64,000 bases of DNA from an uncultured Pseudomonadota bacterium (GCA_963770835.1 CAVYRH010000026.1:544001-608000), one strand, 5' to 3'; shown: positions 38,986 through 49,513, counted from the first letter of the stretch. Program-made: numbers and translations. Notes: generated from the sequence alone by a model not told the origin.

Positions 38986-40164
38986 ATGATTTATTTCGAC
39001 CACGCCGCCACGACGCCCCTGGACGACCAAGTCCTTGAGGCCATGATGCCGTATCTAAAGGAAAACTTCGGCAATCCCTCCAGTGTGCACGGGCCGGGCC
39101 GGGACGCCAGGGCCGCCATGGAGCGGGCCCGGGAGCAAATCGCCGATACCCTGAACGCCGACCCCCGGGAAATAGTCTTTACCAGCGGCGGCACCGAGAG
39201 CGTGAACGCCGTGCACAAGGGGGCGGCCTGGGCCTTCCACGGCAAGTATCGCCACCTCATTATCTCCTCGGTTGAGCACGCCTGCGTGCTGGAATGCAGC
39301 GAATGGTTGACCAACCATGGCTTCGCGGTGACCGAGATCCTCGTGGACGCCGAAGGCCGGGTGAACCCCAAGGATGTCCAGAAGGCCATCCGTCCCGGCG
39401 AAACCGGGCTCATTTCCATCATGGCCGCCAACAACGAGGTGGGCACCCTCCAGCCTTTCCGCGAGATCGGGGCCATCGCCCGGGAGCAGGGCGTCCTTTT
39501 CCACACCGACGCGGTGCAGGCCTACGGCAAGATCCCCCTGGACGTGCAAAGGGACCACATCGACTTCCTCTCGGTCTCGGGGCACAAGATCTACGGGCCC
39601 AAGGGCACTGGGTTTTTCTACCAGCGAAAGGGGGTCGAACTGGTCCCCCTGATCCACGGCGGCGGGCAGGAGCGGGATCGGCGGGGCGGCACGGAAAACG
39701 TGGCGGGCATCGTGGGGCTGGGCGCGGCGGCTATGAAGATATGCGCCGAGGTCAACGAGGGTGGGCGGCTGCGCGTGATGACGGACCTTTTCCTGCAGGA
39801 ACTCAAGAAGCACTTCCCGGAAGCCCGGGTGAACGGGCCGGAGAATTCCGACCAGCGGGTTCCGGGCATCCTCAACATCACCCTGCCGGGCCTGGAGGGG
39901 GAAAACCTGGTGCACAGCCTGGACGCCGCCGGCTTCGCCGCCTCCTCGGGCGCGGCCTGCGCGGCCGGGTCGGCGCCGCCCTCCCACGTGCTTCTTTCCA
40001 TGGGCCGCAACGCCAAGGAATCCAAGCAGGGGTTGCGCTTTTCCTTCGGCCGTTCCAATACCGGCGAGCAGGTCAAGCAACTGGTGCAGGCCCTTCCTTC
40101 CATCACCAAGAACCTGACGATGATGTCGTCCTTCTTCGACGACGATGAACCTGCGAAAAAATAG
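38986..40164 (+). CDS. iscS: Cysteine desulfurase (IscS/NifS family)
   Basis: IYFDHAATT, FTSGGTE, HTDAVQ, SGHKIYGPKG (PLP Lys), SSGAACA (catalytic Cys). Confidence 0.9.
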   Translation: MIYFDHAATTPLDDQVLEAMMPYLKENFGNPSSVHGPGRDARAAMERAREQIADTLNADPREIVFTSGGTESVNAVHKGAAWAFHGKYRHLIISSVEHACVLECSEWLTNHGFAVTEILVDAEGRVNPKDVQKAIRPGETGLISIMAANNEVGTLQPFREIGAIAREQGVLFHTDAVQAYGKIPLDVQRDHIDFLSVSGHKIYGPKGTGFFYQRKGVELVPLIHGGGQERDRRGGTENVAGIVGLGAAAMKICAEVNEGGRLRVMTDLFLQELKKHFPEARVNGPENSDQRVPGILNITLPGLEGENLVHSLDAAGFAASSGAACAAGSAPPSHVLLSMGRNAKESKQGLRFSFGRSNTGEQVKQLVQALPSITKNLTMMSSFFDDDEPAKK

Positions 40165-40870
40165 TTTGAAGTCCGCTTCTCCGTTTGACGCATTGGTGGT
40201 GTTCGCCAAGGTCCCCCGATCGGGGAAAGTCAAAACCCGTCTGGGTTCAGTTATCGGCAATCCATCCGCCGCTGAACTTTACGGCCTCTTCCTGAAGTAC
40301 CTTTCCTGGCAATTCCGAAAACTGCCGCAGGACTTAAGACTTTTCATCGCGGTGGACCCCCCGGGGGGTTCCCGACGAATCCACCGTTATTTTCCCTCTT
40401 CGCACCGGCTCACAGTCTTCTCCCAGAAAGGGCGGGACCTGGGGGCGCGGATGCTTCAGGCCACGGAGGAAGTAAAGCGAAGAGGGGCCCGCAAGGTCCT
40501 GATCATCGGTTCGGATTGCCTGGAATTGTCCGTTGGGCATTTGAGGGAGGGGCTGAAGCTTCTCGACCGCAAGGACCTGGTTTTGGGGCCCGCGAAGGAC
40601 GGCGGCTATTACCTGGTGGGTTGGAAAAGGCCACTGCCCGCTTGTTTCAAGGGAGTGGCTTGGGGAACTTCCCGGGTGCTTCAGAAAACCGTGGGAAACG
40701 CCCGAAAGCAGGGGCTCACGGCCGGCTTCTTAGGGGTTCTTTCCGACGTGGACCGGACCGAGGACCTGCCCCGGCTGTTCCGGAAGCTGGATGGCCGCAA
40801 CCCCGCCACCCGGAGCTTGAGGGAGGCAGCCCCAGGCGTCAGTTCCCGGCGACGTCGACCGAGGCAATGA
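40145..40870 (+). CDS. TIGR04282/DUF2064 family glycosyltransferase-like protein
   Basis: FAKVP..G.VKTRL, Q.G.DLG.RM, IIGSD, LGPA.DGGYYL, DVD..EDL. Confidence 0.88.
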   Translation: MNLRKNSLKSASPFDALVVFAKVPRSGKVKTRLGSVIGNPSAAELYGLFLKYLSWQFRKLPQDLRLFIAVDPPGGSRRIHRYFPSSHRLTVFSQKGRDLGARMLQATEEVKRRGARKVLIIGSDCLELSVGHLREGLKLLDRKDLVLGPAKDGGYYLVGWKRPLPACFKGVAWGTSRVLQKTVGNARKQGLTAGFLGVLSDVDRTEDLPRLFRKLDGRNPATRSLREAAPGVSSRRRRPRQ

Positions 40871-41342
40871 CCTTTAAGCCCTGGTTGTTGGCGATGTCCT
40901 TATCCGAAACAAACCCGATGGCGTCCCCGTTTTTCCCGACTTCCCGGATGACGTCGCTGGAGGAGGGCAGCATGGTGGGCGCTGCCAGGCCGTCGATGAA
41001 GGCCTTTCCGCTCCAGATCTTCTTGTACTGCGCCTTGGTTTTGTTCAGCACCTTCTTGAGAAAAAGGTCGTTCAGGTCGCCGCCGCCGTTGACCAGGGGC
41101 TCGATCTTATCGCCGTTCTGGAACTGCTTGTCCCCCAGGTAGATCGCCGGAACATCCTTGGAATTCAGGCCCGCCAGGGCCCCGTCGGCCTTCACGATCA
41201 CCACCAGCTTGGAGAATTTCCCCGGCGCCTTGGCGAAGGCCGCGGGCAGCGCCACCGAGAAGGCCGCCAGGAAGAGGGCGCCGGTTTTCCATCGATTCAT
41301 TTTTTCCATGAGGTTTTGACCCGTTTTTTTAAGGTTGTCCAT
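40839..41342 (-). CDS. Small single-domain periplasmic binding protein (phosphate-ABC SBP-like)
   Basis: Signal peptide; I.LG...F, F..KVL......Y...W....F.G...P, V..EV.....AIGFV pattern; coupled to the porin gene. Confidence 0.72.
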   Translation of the reverse strand: MDNLKKTGQNLMEKMNRWKTGALFLAAFSVALPAAFAKAPGKFSKLVVIVKADGALAGLNSKDVPAIYLGDKQFQNGDKIEPLVNGGGDLNDLFLKKVLNKTKAQYKKIWSGKAFIDGLAAPTMLPSSSDVIREVGKNGDAIGFVSDKDIANNQGLKVIASVDVAGN

Positions 41343-42658
41343 TAGAACCCCCAGCCCCAGGCCGTCGCCACTTCGGTGTTATTCACCCCGCTGTCATCAA
41401 TCAAATGAAGCTCCAATTTAAGGGAGGAAGACACGGGGACGAAATCGTACCGGATTCCCGCCATGTAAACCGTTTGGTTGGACTGGGCCATCGCCTCGAA
41501 AAAGGGATCGGAACCGTCGACGGTCAGGTTTTCAACGCGGACATAGGGTTTGAGGTCGGCGGTCGCCTGGTAGGCGAGCTGGACATAAAAGGCGGTGTTT
41601 TTGGCGCTACCGTTTTCGCTTCCCCAGCCGATGGCGTCGTCGAAGTTGTAGAACTCGCTGAGCAACTCGAAGTTGTCGTCGGTGTAGATGACCTCGCACT
41701 CGAGCAGGAGTTGGGCCAGGTCGGTGAAGAGCAGGGCCTGGTTGTTGGGGATTCCCCCGGGGACGGTGCCATAGTGGCTCAATACGGAAGCCACGCCCAG
41801 GGCCAAGCCCCCGTCCGACTGGGGCTTGAACACCAGCCGCGCCGCCAGGCGCTTGGCGTTGAAGGTATCCCCGCCCGAGGGGTTGAAATTGATCGTTGAA
41901 TCGGTCGGGTTGCCGTTGGAGTCAACATTGTAACCGACGGTCCCGTTGTTGCCCGCGTTGAGCTCGTATTTCAGCGAGGAATCGCCCAGCCCGAAGGTGC
42001 CATAGCCGAAGACGCCCACGATATGGTTGGGCACTACGCCGGCCTTCTTATAGGCCTGGTCGCTGCCGCCGCCGTCCTCGAAGGCCAGGAAAAAGGGACG
42101 GTCGATGGTGGTTTGGAATTGAGAGCCGTGGTGGAAGGTGCGGTTCCAGTAGCCGAAGGCCGTATGGTCGCGCCCCGCGGCCAGGCGGAACTCGTCGCTG
42201 AAGGTGTAGTAAATCATGGTCCGTTCCAGGTCGATGGAGGGATTCTGGCCGTCGAACTCCACGACGTTCTCGACCATGGCGCCCAGGTGGGGGCCGTATT
42301 CGGCCATGATCATCAGGTCAGTCTGGCCGAGATAAAAGCCGTTCTGCTGGGGAAAGAAGCCGGAAGGCCCGAAGACCCGGTACTCGTCGTCCCCATAAAG
42401 GGTGAAATGAAGGCGCAGCTGGTCCTCGTGGATCTGGTTGAACTTCTGATCGGTGGATTGCTGGTAGAGGGATAGCTGGTCTTCCAGGTCCTTCACCCTT
42501 TGGGCCAGGGACTTTGCGCTGTTGTCCGGGGTCGGGGCTGGGGTAGAGGTGGCCTGTGTCGAATTGTCCTCATCCGCCTTGGCGGGGACTCCCGAAAGAA
42601 GAAATAAACAAACTAGGGCCCCTAAACCGGCAGTTTTATATGATATTTTTCCGTCCAT
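41342..42658 (-). CDS. Outer-membrane porin-like beta-barrel with N-terminal coiled coil
   Basis: Signal peptide, GR.HT.FGYWN..FHHG motif, amphipathic strands, terminal WGWGF. Confidence 0.75.
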   Translation of the reverse strand: MDGKISYKTAGLGALVCLFLLSGVPAKADEDNSTQATSTPAPTPDNSAKSLAQRVKDLEDQLSLYQQSTDQKFNQIHEDQLRLHFTLYGDDEYRVFGPSGFFPQQNGFYLGQTDLMIMAEYGPHLGAMVENVVEFDGQNPSIDLERTMIYYTFSDEFRLAAGRDHTAFGYWNRTFHHGSQFQTTIDRPFFLAFEDGGGSDQAYKKAGVVPNHIVGVFGYGTFGLGDSSLKYELNAGNNGTVGYNVDSNGNPTDSTINFNPSGGDTFNAKRLAARLVFKPQSDGGLALGVASVLSHYGTVPGGIPNNQALLFTDLAQLLLECEVIYTDDNFELLSEFYNFDDAIGWGSENGSAKNTAFYVQLAYQATADLKPYVRVENLTVDGSDPFFEAMAQSNQTVYMAGIRYDFVPVSSSLKLELHLIDDSGVNNTEVATAWGWGF

Positions 42659-42965
42659 TTACTTGGCCCCTTTCGGTGTTACAAGGTTGAAATACATAAA
42701 AATATCCCGACAGGTTTAAAACTTATGCGGGGATTATACCTTGGGAATCACCAAACGAGGGGGTGGATGATGAGCCGGGCAGGTGGGGGCCCGCAGGGTT
42801 CCACCCGAAGCACCCGAATCAGCCTAAATTGATGGGCAAAATTCCGTGTTTTATCCCCGCAAAGGGCCTGGCTATTTGTTGGGTGGCGCATGGGGAATTC
42901 AGGTTAAAATACCCCGCGTTCCGATCCATCCTGTCTTCGTTTCTTATAAAAGAAAGGCGCCGACC

Positions 42966-44642
42966 GTGTTCCGAAGCAAGCTGGGCCTCCGCGTGGTGAT
43001 GGCCGTCATTTTTTCCTTCCTGCTGGTGGAAACGGCGATCGGTACTTTCATCCTGTCGCGGCAAAGGCAGGCGGTCCTGGATAAGCGGCTGGATTCACTG
43101 CGTTTTTCCATGGGTCTGTTGGAGATGGAGTTCTCCAATTCCGTCCGCCACCACCGGACGCAAGAGCTCACCAAGGTCCTTTCCGACCTCACCAGCAGCT
43201 ATAGCGCTTCCTTCTATACCCTCTTCAACCTCCAAGGCAAATCCATCCTCCAGGCACAGCTCTTGGACGGATTCCCCGGCCACACGGGCGACCTGAAGAT
43301 ACAGCTGCCCCTGGTCGACGGGGATAAGGTGCCCCCGGTGCAGGTGATTCAGGGACCCAAGGGCGGAGTGCTTCGCTACATCCTCCCTTTCCACAACGAG
43401 GACGGCGACTTGATGGGCGGCTTGGAAATGGAAACCCCCGTTTCGGCCGTGGAGCCGGCGGTCCAAAAAGCCATACGGCAGAACCTGGAAATCATCTTGG
43501 GGACTTCGCTGGCGGTGGTCGTGCTGGTGGCGCTCATCATCCTTCCGGTCTTCTCCCATTACGTGGTCAAGCCCATCAACACCGTGAAGGGGGAACTGGA
43601 GGCACTCTCCAAGGGCGAGGCCGACCTGACTTTCCAGATCCAGGTCAGGACCACCGACGAGATCGGGGAAATGGGCCAATGGTTCAATTCCTTCATCGGC
43701 CGCATCCGGGCCATGGTGTTAAGGGTGCTGGAGCATTCGGGCCAGCTGACCCAGCAAGTGGAGACCCTCAGCCATTCGACGGCCGAGGTCTCGGCCATGA
43801 GCGGCGACGTCACCACCACCGTCCAGCAGATCGCCAAGGGCGCGGAGGAGCAGGCCGTCAAGATCGCCGAGGTGAACCAGCTCATGCAGGAAGTGCAGGA
43901 CAGCATGAAAGAAGTGGAGCGCAAGGCCCATGAGACCTCGGGCGCGGTGGACAAGGCCACCCAGACGGCCCGCGTGGGCGGCAAGCTGGCGCGCGGCACC
44001 ATCGACAAGATGGTCGAGCTCAGCGAGACGATCCTCAAGAATTCCGACATGGTGGGGAAGCTCGGCTTCAAGAGCCAGGAGGTGGGCCGGGTGGTGGAAC
44101 TCATCTCGGGCATCGCCGAGCAGACCAACCTGCTGTCGCTGAACGCCGCCATCGAGGCGGCCCGGGCCGGCGAGCAGGGGCGGGGCTTCGCGGTGGTGGC
44201 GGAGGAAATCCGTGCCCTGGCCGACGGCGCCAGCCGGGCAGTGCAGGAAATCACCTCCCTGGTCTCCGAAATGCAGGACGAGACCAGCGGGGTGGTGAAA
44301 TCCATGGAAAAAAGCGCCGACGAGGCCCAGGTGGGGAAGGAATCCATCCGCGGCATGGAGTCGGCCCTGGACGAGATCGTGGCGGTCATCGAAACCGTGG
44401 TGGTCCATACCAAGAGCATCTCCGAGAGCATCAATTCCCAGTCGCTTCGCTTCACCCGGATCCTCCACAGCATCCAGGACATCAACGCCGTGTCCGAGCA
44501 ATCGGCGGCCTCCACCCAGGAGGTATCGGCCTCCACCGAGGAGCAATCGGCCAGCATGGAACAGGTGTCCGCCACCTGCCGCGAACTGGCTGCAATGGCG
44601 GTGGAATTGCGGTCCATGGTGGAAAAGTTCAAGATCAAGTAA
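42966..44642 (+). CDS. Methyl-accepting chemotaxis protein (canonical tip class)
   Basis: TM-sensor-[40 protein letters not shown] start after AAGG RBS. Confidence 0.92.
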   Translation: MFRSKLGLRVVMAVIFSFLLVETAIGTFILSRQRQAVLDKRLDSLRFSMGLLEMEFSNSVRHHRTQELTKVLSDLTSSYSASFYTLFNLQGKSILQAQLLDGFPGHTGDLKIQLPLVDGDKVPPVQVIQGPKGGVLRYILPFHNEDGDLMGGLEMETPVSAVEPAVQKAIRQNLEIILGTSLAVVVLVALIILPVFSHYVVKPINTVKGELEALSKGEADLTFQIQVRTTDEIGEMGQWFNSFIGRIRAMVLRVLEHSGQLTQQVETLSHSTAEVSAMSGDVTTTVQQIAKGAEEQAVKIAEVNQLMQEVQDSMKEVERKAHETSGAVDKATQTARVGGKLARGTIDKMVELSETILKNSDMVGKLGFKSQEVGRVVELISGIAEQTNLLSLNAAIEAARAGEQGRGFAVVAEEIRALADGASRAVQEITSLVSEMQDETSGVVKSMEKSADEAQVGKESIRGMESALDEIVAVIETVVVHTKSISESINSQSLRFTRILHSIQDINAVSEQSAASTQEVSASTEEQSASMEQVSATCRELAAMAVELRSMVEKFKIK

Positions 44643-44646
44643 CGGC

Positions 44647-44785
44647 AGTCAACAGTCGACGGTTCACAGTTGGCAGGAAAATCCTTAAAACAATAAATAT
44701 CTGAGCTAGATATCGCTTTTGAACCTGGTTTTATTTATATTTTTCTAGCTGTCGACCGTCGACCGTCGACCGCCAACTGCCGACT
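44647..44785. repeat. Inverted pair of heptamer tandem arrays
   Basis: agtcaac-agtcgac-ggttcac-agttggc (44647-44674) versus gtcgacc x3-gccaact-gccgact (44751-44785); same family as 5891-5973. Confidence 0.75.
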
Positions 44786-44809
44786 AAATTTCGCTTTCAG
44801 GAGTTGCCC

Positions 44810-46120
44810 ATGACCTCACCGCTCGCGCTGGACCTATCCTATATTTCCGATTTCGCCGCCGAACTGGACATCGCCGCGCTTTCGCCGCAGGTCCGGGAAG
44901 CCCTTCAGTCCCTGCTGGATAAAACGGGCCGGGGGTCCGATTTCCTGGGCTGGATCGACCTGCCCTTTACCGCGGCAAAACAGCTACCGGCCCTCAAGAA
45001 AGCCGCCAAGGCCTTCGAGAAATGCGAGTCCGTGGTGTCGGTGGGCATCGGCGGCTCCTACTTAGGAATTAAGGCCACCATTGAGGCCCTGGGCGGGTCG
45101 GACAAAATCCATTACGCGGGCAACCATCTTTCCCCCACTTCCTTTAATAAGCTCCTCCGGGATTTGAACCCCAAGAAGACCGGCGTTATCGTCATCTCCA
45201 AGTCCGGCACCACCACCGAGCCCGCCGTGGCTTTCCGCATCCTGAAGACCTGGCTGGAAAAGGCCGTGGGGAAAAAGAAAGCCAAGGCCCGCATCGTGGC
45301 GGTCACCGACGCCTCCAAGGGGGCTCTTAAGGGCATGTCCGACGCCGAGGGCTACCCGACCTTCGTCATCCCCGACGACGTGGGCGGCCGCTACTCCGTG
45401 CTGACCCCGGTGGGCCTGCTCCCGATCGCCGCCGCCGGCTTCGACATCGCGAAGCTCCTCAAGGGCGCGCAGGACGCGGCCCAGGAGATGAAGTCCCCCG
45501 ATATTTCAAAGAACCTCGCGGCCCGTTACGCCGCGGCGCGGTACCTGCTCTATGAGAAGGGCAAGGCCACCGAGGTGCTGGCCAATTTCCGGCCCGAACT
45601 GCATTACGTCAGCGAATGGTGGAAACAGCTCTATGGCGAGTCCGAGGGCAAGGAAGGCAAGGGCCTTTTCCCGGCCAGCGTGGACCTGACCACCGACCTC
45701 CACAGCATGGGCCAGTACCTGCAGGAGGGGCGGCGCAACCTGATGGAAACCATGTTGTGGGTGAGTGACGAGGAAAAAGACGTCGTGATCCCGAAGGACA
45801 AGGACGACCGCGAGGGGCTGAACTTCCTGGCGGGCAAGAAGCTTTCCTGGGTGAACGAACAGGCCTTCAAGGCTACGGCGGTGGCGCACAAGGACGGGGG
45901 ACTGCCCGTCATCCGCCTCACCTTGGACGAAATCTCCGAGTATTCCCTGGGCTACCTTTATTACTTCTTCGAGATGGCCTGCGGCATCTCCGGCACCCTT
46001 CTGGGCATCAACCCCTTCGACCAGCCCGGCGTGGAGGCCTACAAGAAGAACATGTTCGCGCTCCTGGGCAAGAAGGGCTTCGAGAAGCTGGCGGCGGAGC
46101 TCAAGGCCAAGGGCGTTTAA
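44810..46120 (+). CDS. pgi: Glucose-6-phosphate isomerase
   Basis: GIGGSYLG, ISKSGTTTE, DDVGGRYSVL, QLYGESEGK, DLHSMGQY, NPFDQPGVE.YK. Confidence 0.97.
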   Translation: MTSPLALDLSYISDFAAELDIAALSPQVREALQSLLDKTGRGSDFLGWIDLPFTAAKQLPALKKAAKAFEKCESVVSVGIGGSYLGIKATIEALGGSDKIHYAGNHLSPTSFNKLLRDLNPKKTGVIVISKSGTTTEPAVAFRILKTWLEKAVGKKKAKARIVAVTDASKGALKGMSDAEGYPTFVIPDDVGGRYSVLTPVGLLPIAAAGFDIAKLLKGAQDAAQEMKSPDISKNLAARYAAARYLLYEKGKATEVLANFRPELHYVSEWWKQLYGESEGKEGKGLFPASVDLTTDLHSMGQYLQEGRRNLMETMLWVSDEEKDVVIPKDKDDREGLNFLAGKKLSWVNEQAFKATAVAHKDGGLPVIRLTLDEISEYSLGYLYYFFEMACGISGTLLGINPFDQPGVEAYKKNMFALLGKKGFEKLAAELKAKGV

Positions 46121-46151
46121 AAGGCAGTCCTCAGCGTCCGAAAAGGCCCCA

Positions 46152-46817
46152 ATGACCCGGCGACTCTTGATGCTCCATAAACCCAAGGGTTATGTGGTCA
46201 CCCGGCCCAAAGCCTCCCCCGCTGGAAAAGAACCGGGTGAAAGAACCGTCTATTCGCTCCTCCCCCCCGAATTCCACGGCCAAGGTTGGGTGCCGGTCGG
46301 GCGCCTCGACAAGGATTCCACCGGCCTGCTCCTGTTCGTCCAGGAAGACCCCCTGGTCTACCGCCTCCAAACGCCGGGCCACATCGATAAAACCTACGAA
46401 GTTTGGGTGAAGGGCCGTTTACGGCGGGAGCACCTGGAGAAAGTCCTGAAAGGGGTCGAAACCCCGATAGGTCTCCTCAAAGCAAAGTCGGTTGAGGTCT
46501 TGGGGGCCGTGGGCCCGAACACGCTCCTCAAAGTCATCCTGGACGAGGGAAAAAACCGCCACATTCGCCGTATGTTTGGCGCTCTTAAGGATGTTAAACT
46601 TAAAAAATTCTTCAAGGCCCTGGACCTCACGAGGGTCGCCATCGGGCCGGTCCATCTGGATATAGAGCCCGGCCAATGGCGGTTCCTGACGGATGCCGAA
46701 ACGTCCTCACTCTTGGTTTCGGCTCAGGGGAAGGCGCGGGTCAAAACCGGCCAAGGCATAGGGGTTCCGCGGTCGCCCGGCTCCAAGCCCCAGGTTGTCC
46801 CCGATGGGAGGAAGTAA
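46152..46817 (+). CDS. RsuA/RluB/E/F family pseudouridine synthase
   Basis: HKPKGY, VGRLDKDSTGLLL (catalytic Asp), K.YEV, EGKNR.IRRM. Confidence 0.92.
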   Translation: MTRRLLMLHKPKGYVVTRPKASPAGKEPGERTVYSLLPPEFHGQGWVPVGRLDKDSTGLLLFVQEDPLVYRLQTPGHIDKTYEVWVKGRLRREHLEKVLKGVETPIGLLKAKSVEVLGAVGPNTLLKVILDEGKNRHIRRMFGALKDVKLKKFFKALDLTRVAIGPVHLDIEPGQWRFLTDAETSSLLVSAQGKARVKTGQGIGVPRSPGSKPQVVPDGRK

Positions 46818-46818
46818 G

Positions 46819-47643
46819 TTGATAAATCTATCGGGGAAATGGGCCTACGCTTGGGCGGTTTTCTTCACTGTTATCATTCTCGCCGTTCAAAGTCTGGGCC
46901 AATTACTGTTTCAATGGATCGGTGGTCAATTAGGATTGGAAGGGGGCGTGGTGATGGCTCTTTTGGCCGCCCCCCCTTTTTTATGCGTACTTATAACCGC
47001 CTTTTTCGTCATGAAGTTAAATTCGATTTCTTGGGTGGGAAGCTTTTGGTATTTGGGGTTTAAAAAACTGAATCCCCGGCAATTGGCGGTGGGACTTTTA
47101 TCGCTTGTTCCGGTCGCGGTGGGTGACGGTCTCTCCTACTTGTATTGCTTTCAACATGGCATTTCGGTGGAACCTTTTAAACATTGGTTTTCCTTGTGGC
47201 TGGTGATCCTGGTTACCGCCGGTTTTTTCGAGGAAGTTTTCTTCCGTGGATTCATTTTCCAAACACTCCGCCAAAAAGGCGGCCTTCTCAAGACCGCGGT
47301 TTTTTCCAGCGCCTTGTGGGGTGTCTCCCACGGGGTCAATTTTTTGGGTGGGTTTGACCAAGAAATCTTCCTCACCACGATCGCAACCGCCGGGGTGAGT
47401 TTTTTTCTAGGCCTGGCTGCGGCTTATGTATTCGAACGGGGCGGAAACGTTATTTGGGGCTGGTCCTTGGCCCATGTTTTATTTGATTCCATGGGGAAGG
47501 CAAATGTGGACCATAAGGGTTTATTTTCCCTGCCAACGGGTTTACCCCTTTTGTATCAGGTGGCAGGCATTGCTTTGTGCGTGATGATCACCTTCCCACT
47601 GGGGCGCTGGCTTTTGCCAGTGAGTAAGAAAAAAGAGATTTGA
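46819..47643 (+). CDS. CPBP (CAAX/Abi) intramembrane metalloprotease
   Basis: EEVFFRG, S.LWG.SH, H..FD motifs; TTG start after GGGAGG. Confidence 0.85.
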   Translation: MINLSGKWAYAWAVFFTVIILAVQSLGQLLFQWIGGQLGLEGGVVMALLAAPPFLCVLITAFFVMKLNSISWVGSFWYLGFKKLNPRQLAVGLLSLVPVAVGDGLSYLYCFQHGISVEPFKHWFSLWLVILVTAGFFEEVFFRGFIFQTLRQKGGLLKTAVFSSALWGVSHGVNFLGGFDQEIFLTTIATAGVSFFLGLAAAYVFERGGNVIWGWSLAHVLFDSMGKANVDHKGLFSLPTGLPLLYQVAGIALCVMITFPLGRWLLPVSKKKEI

Positions 47644-47746
47644 AGAATTAGATAGTTGTTTTGCTCCGGCTGGACTTAGGCTGGGCGGGGAATCTTGAAA
47701 GCCGGGACGAAGCTCCACTTAATCCAGATCAATGGCGAGGTTTGAA

Positions 47747-48475
47747 ATGAACCCTTTTTTCTATTCCTTTTCGATTTCACTGTTCGACAGCCTGTCGACC
47801 ACCCTGCAAATCATTGTTTTCATCCTCCTGTTGACGACGGCCAAGCCGCTGAAAAACTCGCTTTACTACCTGGCGGGCCTCAGCGGGGCCTATTACGCCT
47901 GCGGCGTGGCGGGTTACCTCGCCCTGGACCAGCTGCAGGGCTTGTTGGCCGCGCTGACCGCAAGCCAGAACGCCTTGCCCGGCACGGTTTATTACTCGGC
48001 CGAATTCCTGACGGGGGTGGTGATGGCGGGGCTGGGCGTCTGGTACTTTTTCTGGAAAAAAAAGAGGGGCTGGTCCAAAAAGGAAAATTGGATCATCTCA
48101 AAACTGAAGACCATGAACAGCCTCTTCGCCCTCGGCCTGGGCCTCTTCATTTCCCTGACCTCTTTTCCCCTTTCCTTCCCCTATTTCATCGCCCTGGGCA
48201 AATACTCGGCCCTCCACCTGGAGCTTCCCGCGGTGGCCGGGTTCATCCTGCTCTATAACATCGGCTATGCCTTGCCGATGGTCCTGATCCTGGGGGCCTA
48301 TCTCCTCGCCCGGCGGGGCATCGGGGACGACCACGACGCGCTCCATGAAAAAGCGAAAATGCTGAACCTGCATCTCACCGCCTGGACCATGGTAGGCCTG
48401 GGGCTTTTTATCATGGCGGACGCGGGATGCTATTTTGCCCTGGGGCAAGCGCTGTTGAAGGAAAGATTTCTTTAA
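47747..48475 (+). CDS. GAP/Sap (LysE-like translocator) family membrane protein
   Basis: DS.S near N-terminus, P...PY, YN....P pattern, six hydrophobic helices. Confidence 0.6.
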   Translation: MNPFFYSFSISLFDSLSTTLQIIVFILLLTTAKPLKNSLYYLAGLSGAYYACGVAGYLALDQLQGLLAALTASQNALPGTVYYSAEFLTGVVMAGLGVWYFFWKKKRGWSKKENWIISKLKTMNSLFALGLGLFISLTSFPLSFPYFIALGKYSALHLELPAVAGFILLYNIGYALPMVLILGAYLLARRGIGDDHDALHEKAKMLNLHLTAWTMVGLGLFIMADAGCYFALGQALLKERFL

Positions 48476-48539
48476 TCCGGCAATGAAGGATTACCCCCAA
48501 GGGCCCTCCCTTGGACAAGCAAAAGGGAAAGGACGCGGC

Positions 48540-49451
48540 ATGAAAAAATACCTGCCCAGGGTTTTAGGGGCGCTTGTCCTCTCCATTGGCTTTTCACTTT
48601 GCAACCCTTCCTTTCTCCTGGCCCAGGATTCGGACGATTCGGGGGAAACCCAAAACGTAAGGGACTTTTTTGAAACGGTGAAGTTTAAGTTGCAGAGGAT
48701 TTGGTACCAAAGGGCCGCCGAGCGGGGGGACCCGGGTGCCGAGTGCTGGATGGGTGCCCTTTACACGGATGGGGACTGGGTTCCCCAAGATTACCCGGAA
48801 GCGATGAAGTGGTTCCAGAAGGCCGCCGAACAAGGGAACGTTACCGCGGAAAGCAATGTCGGCTACCTCTATAACAACGGGTACGGCGTTCCAGTGGATT
48901 ACCCCGAAGCGATGAAGTGGTACCTCAAGGCCGCCGGGCAAGGGGACGCCTATTCGGAATGTGGTATCGGCATCTTCTATGACCAGGGCACCGGCGTCCC
49001 ACGGGATTACGGGAAAGCCATGGAGTGGTACCAAAAGGCCGCGTCGCAGGATTCGGCCGAAGCCGAATATAACCTCGGATGCCTCTACCGGTTTGGGCAC
49101 GGGGTCAAACAGGATTATAAGGAAGCCATGAAATGGTATTTAAAAGCCGCCGACCAAAATGTCGGCGAGGCCGAGTGCGATATCGGCGATTTGTATGAAA
49201 ACGGCCTTGGAACAACCACGGATTACAAGCAAGCCATGGACTGTTATTTAAAGGCCATTGACGACGGGTGCCTTTTGGCCAAAATCGGGGTGGGGGACCT
49301 TTACGCGAAAGGGCATGGGGTGGATAAGAGTATCGCGGTGGCCATGGGGTGGTATCAGGAGGCCGCGCAAGAGGATCTCGACCCCTCGCCGGAAGGGGAC
49401 GACGTGGCCCAGAAAAGAATCGACGGGCTCCTCAAACACACGGCCAAGTGA
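48540..49451 (+). CDS. Secreted Sel1-repeat protein
   Basis: Repeated G..Y..G.GV..DY.EAMKWY.KAA.QG units. Confidence 0.92.
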   Translation: MKKYLPRVLGALVLSIGFSLCNPSFLLAQDSDDSGETQNVRDFFETVKFKLQRIWYQRAAERGDPGAECWMGALYTDGDWVPQDYPEAMKWFQKAAEQGNVTAESNVGYLYNNGYGVPVDYPEAMKWYLKAAGQGDAYSECGIGIFYDQGTGVPRDYGKAMEWYQKAASQDSAEAEYNLGCLYRFGHGVKQDYKEAMKWYLKAADQNVGEAECDIGDLYENGLGTTTDYKQAMDCYLKAIDDGCLLAKIGVGDLYAKGHGVDKSIAVAMGWYQEAAQEDLDPSPEGDDVAQKRIDGLLKHTAK

Positions 49452-49487
49452 CTGGGGTTAAATTTTAAAGCAATCATCGTTCGGTTT

Positions 49488-49513
49488 GTCCACGACGGGG
49501 ACCCGTCGTGGAC
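49488..49513. repeat. REP-like 26-bp palindrome (copy 1)
   Basis: gtccacgacgg-ggac-ccgtcgtggac perfect stem; related copy at 53124-53149. Confidence 0.65.

Noticed and set aside
48720..49360. Regularly spaced DNA repeats resembling a CRISPR array
   Set aside because: These are ~108-bp coding Sel1 repeats; no cas genes or constant repeat-spacer structure anywhere in the window.
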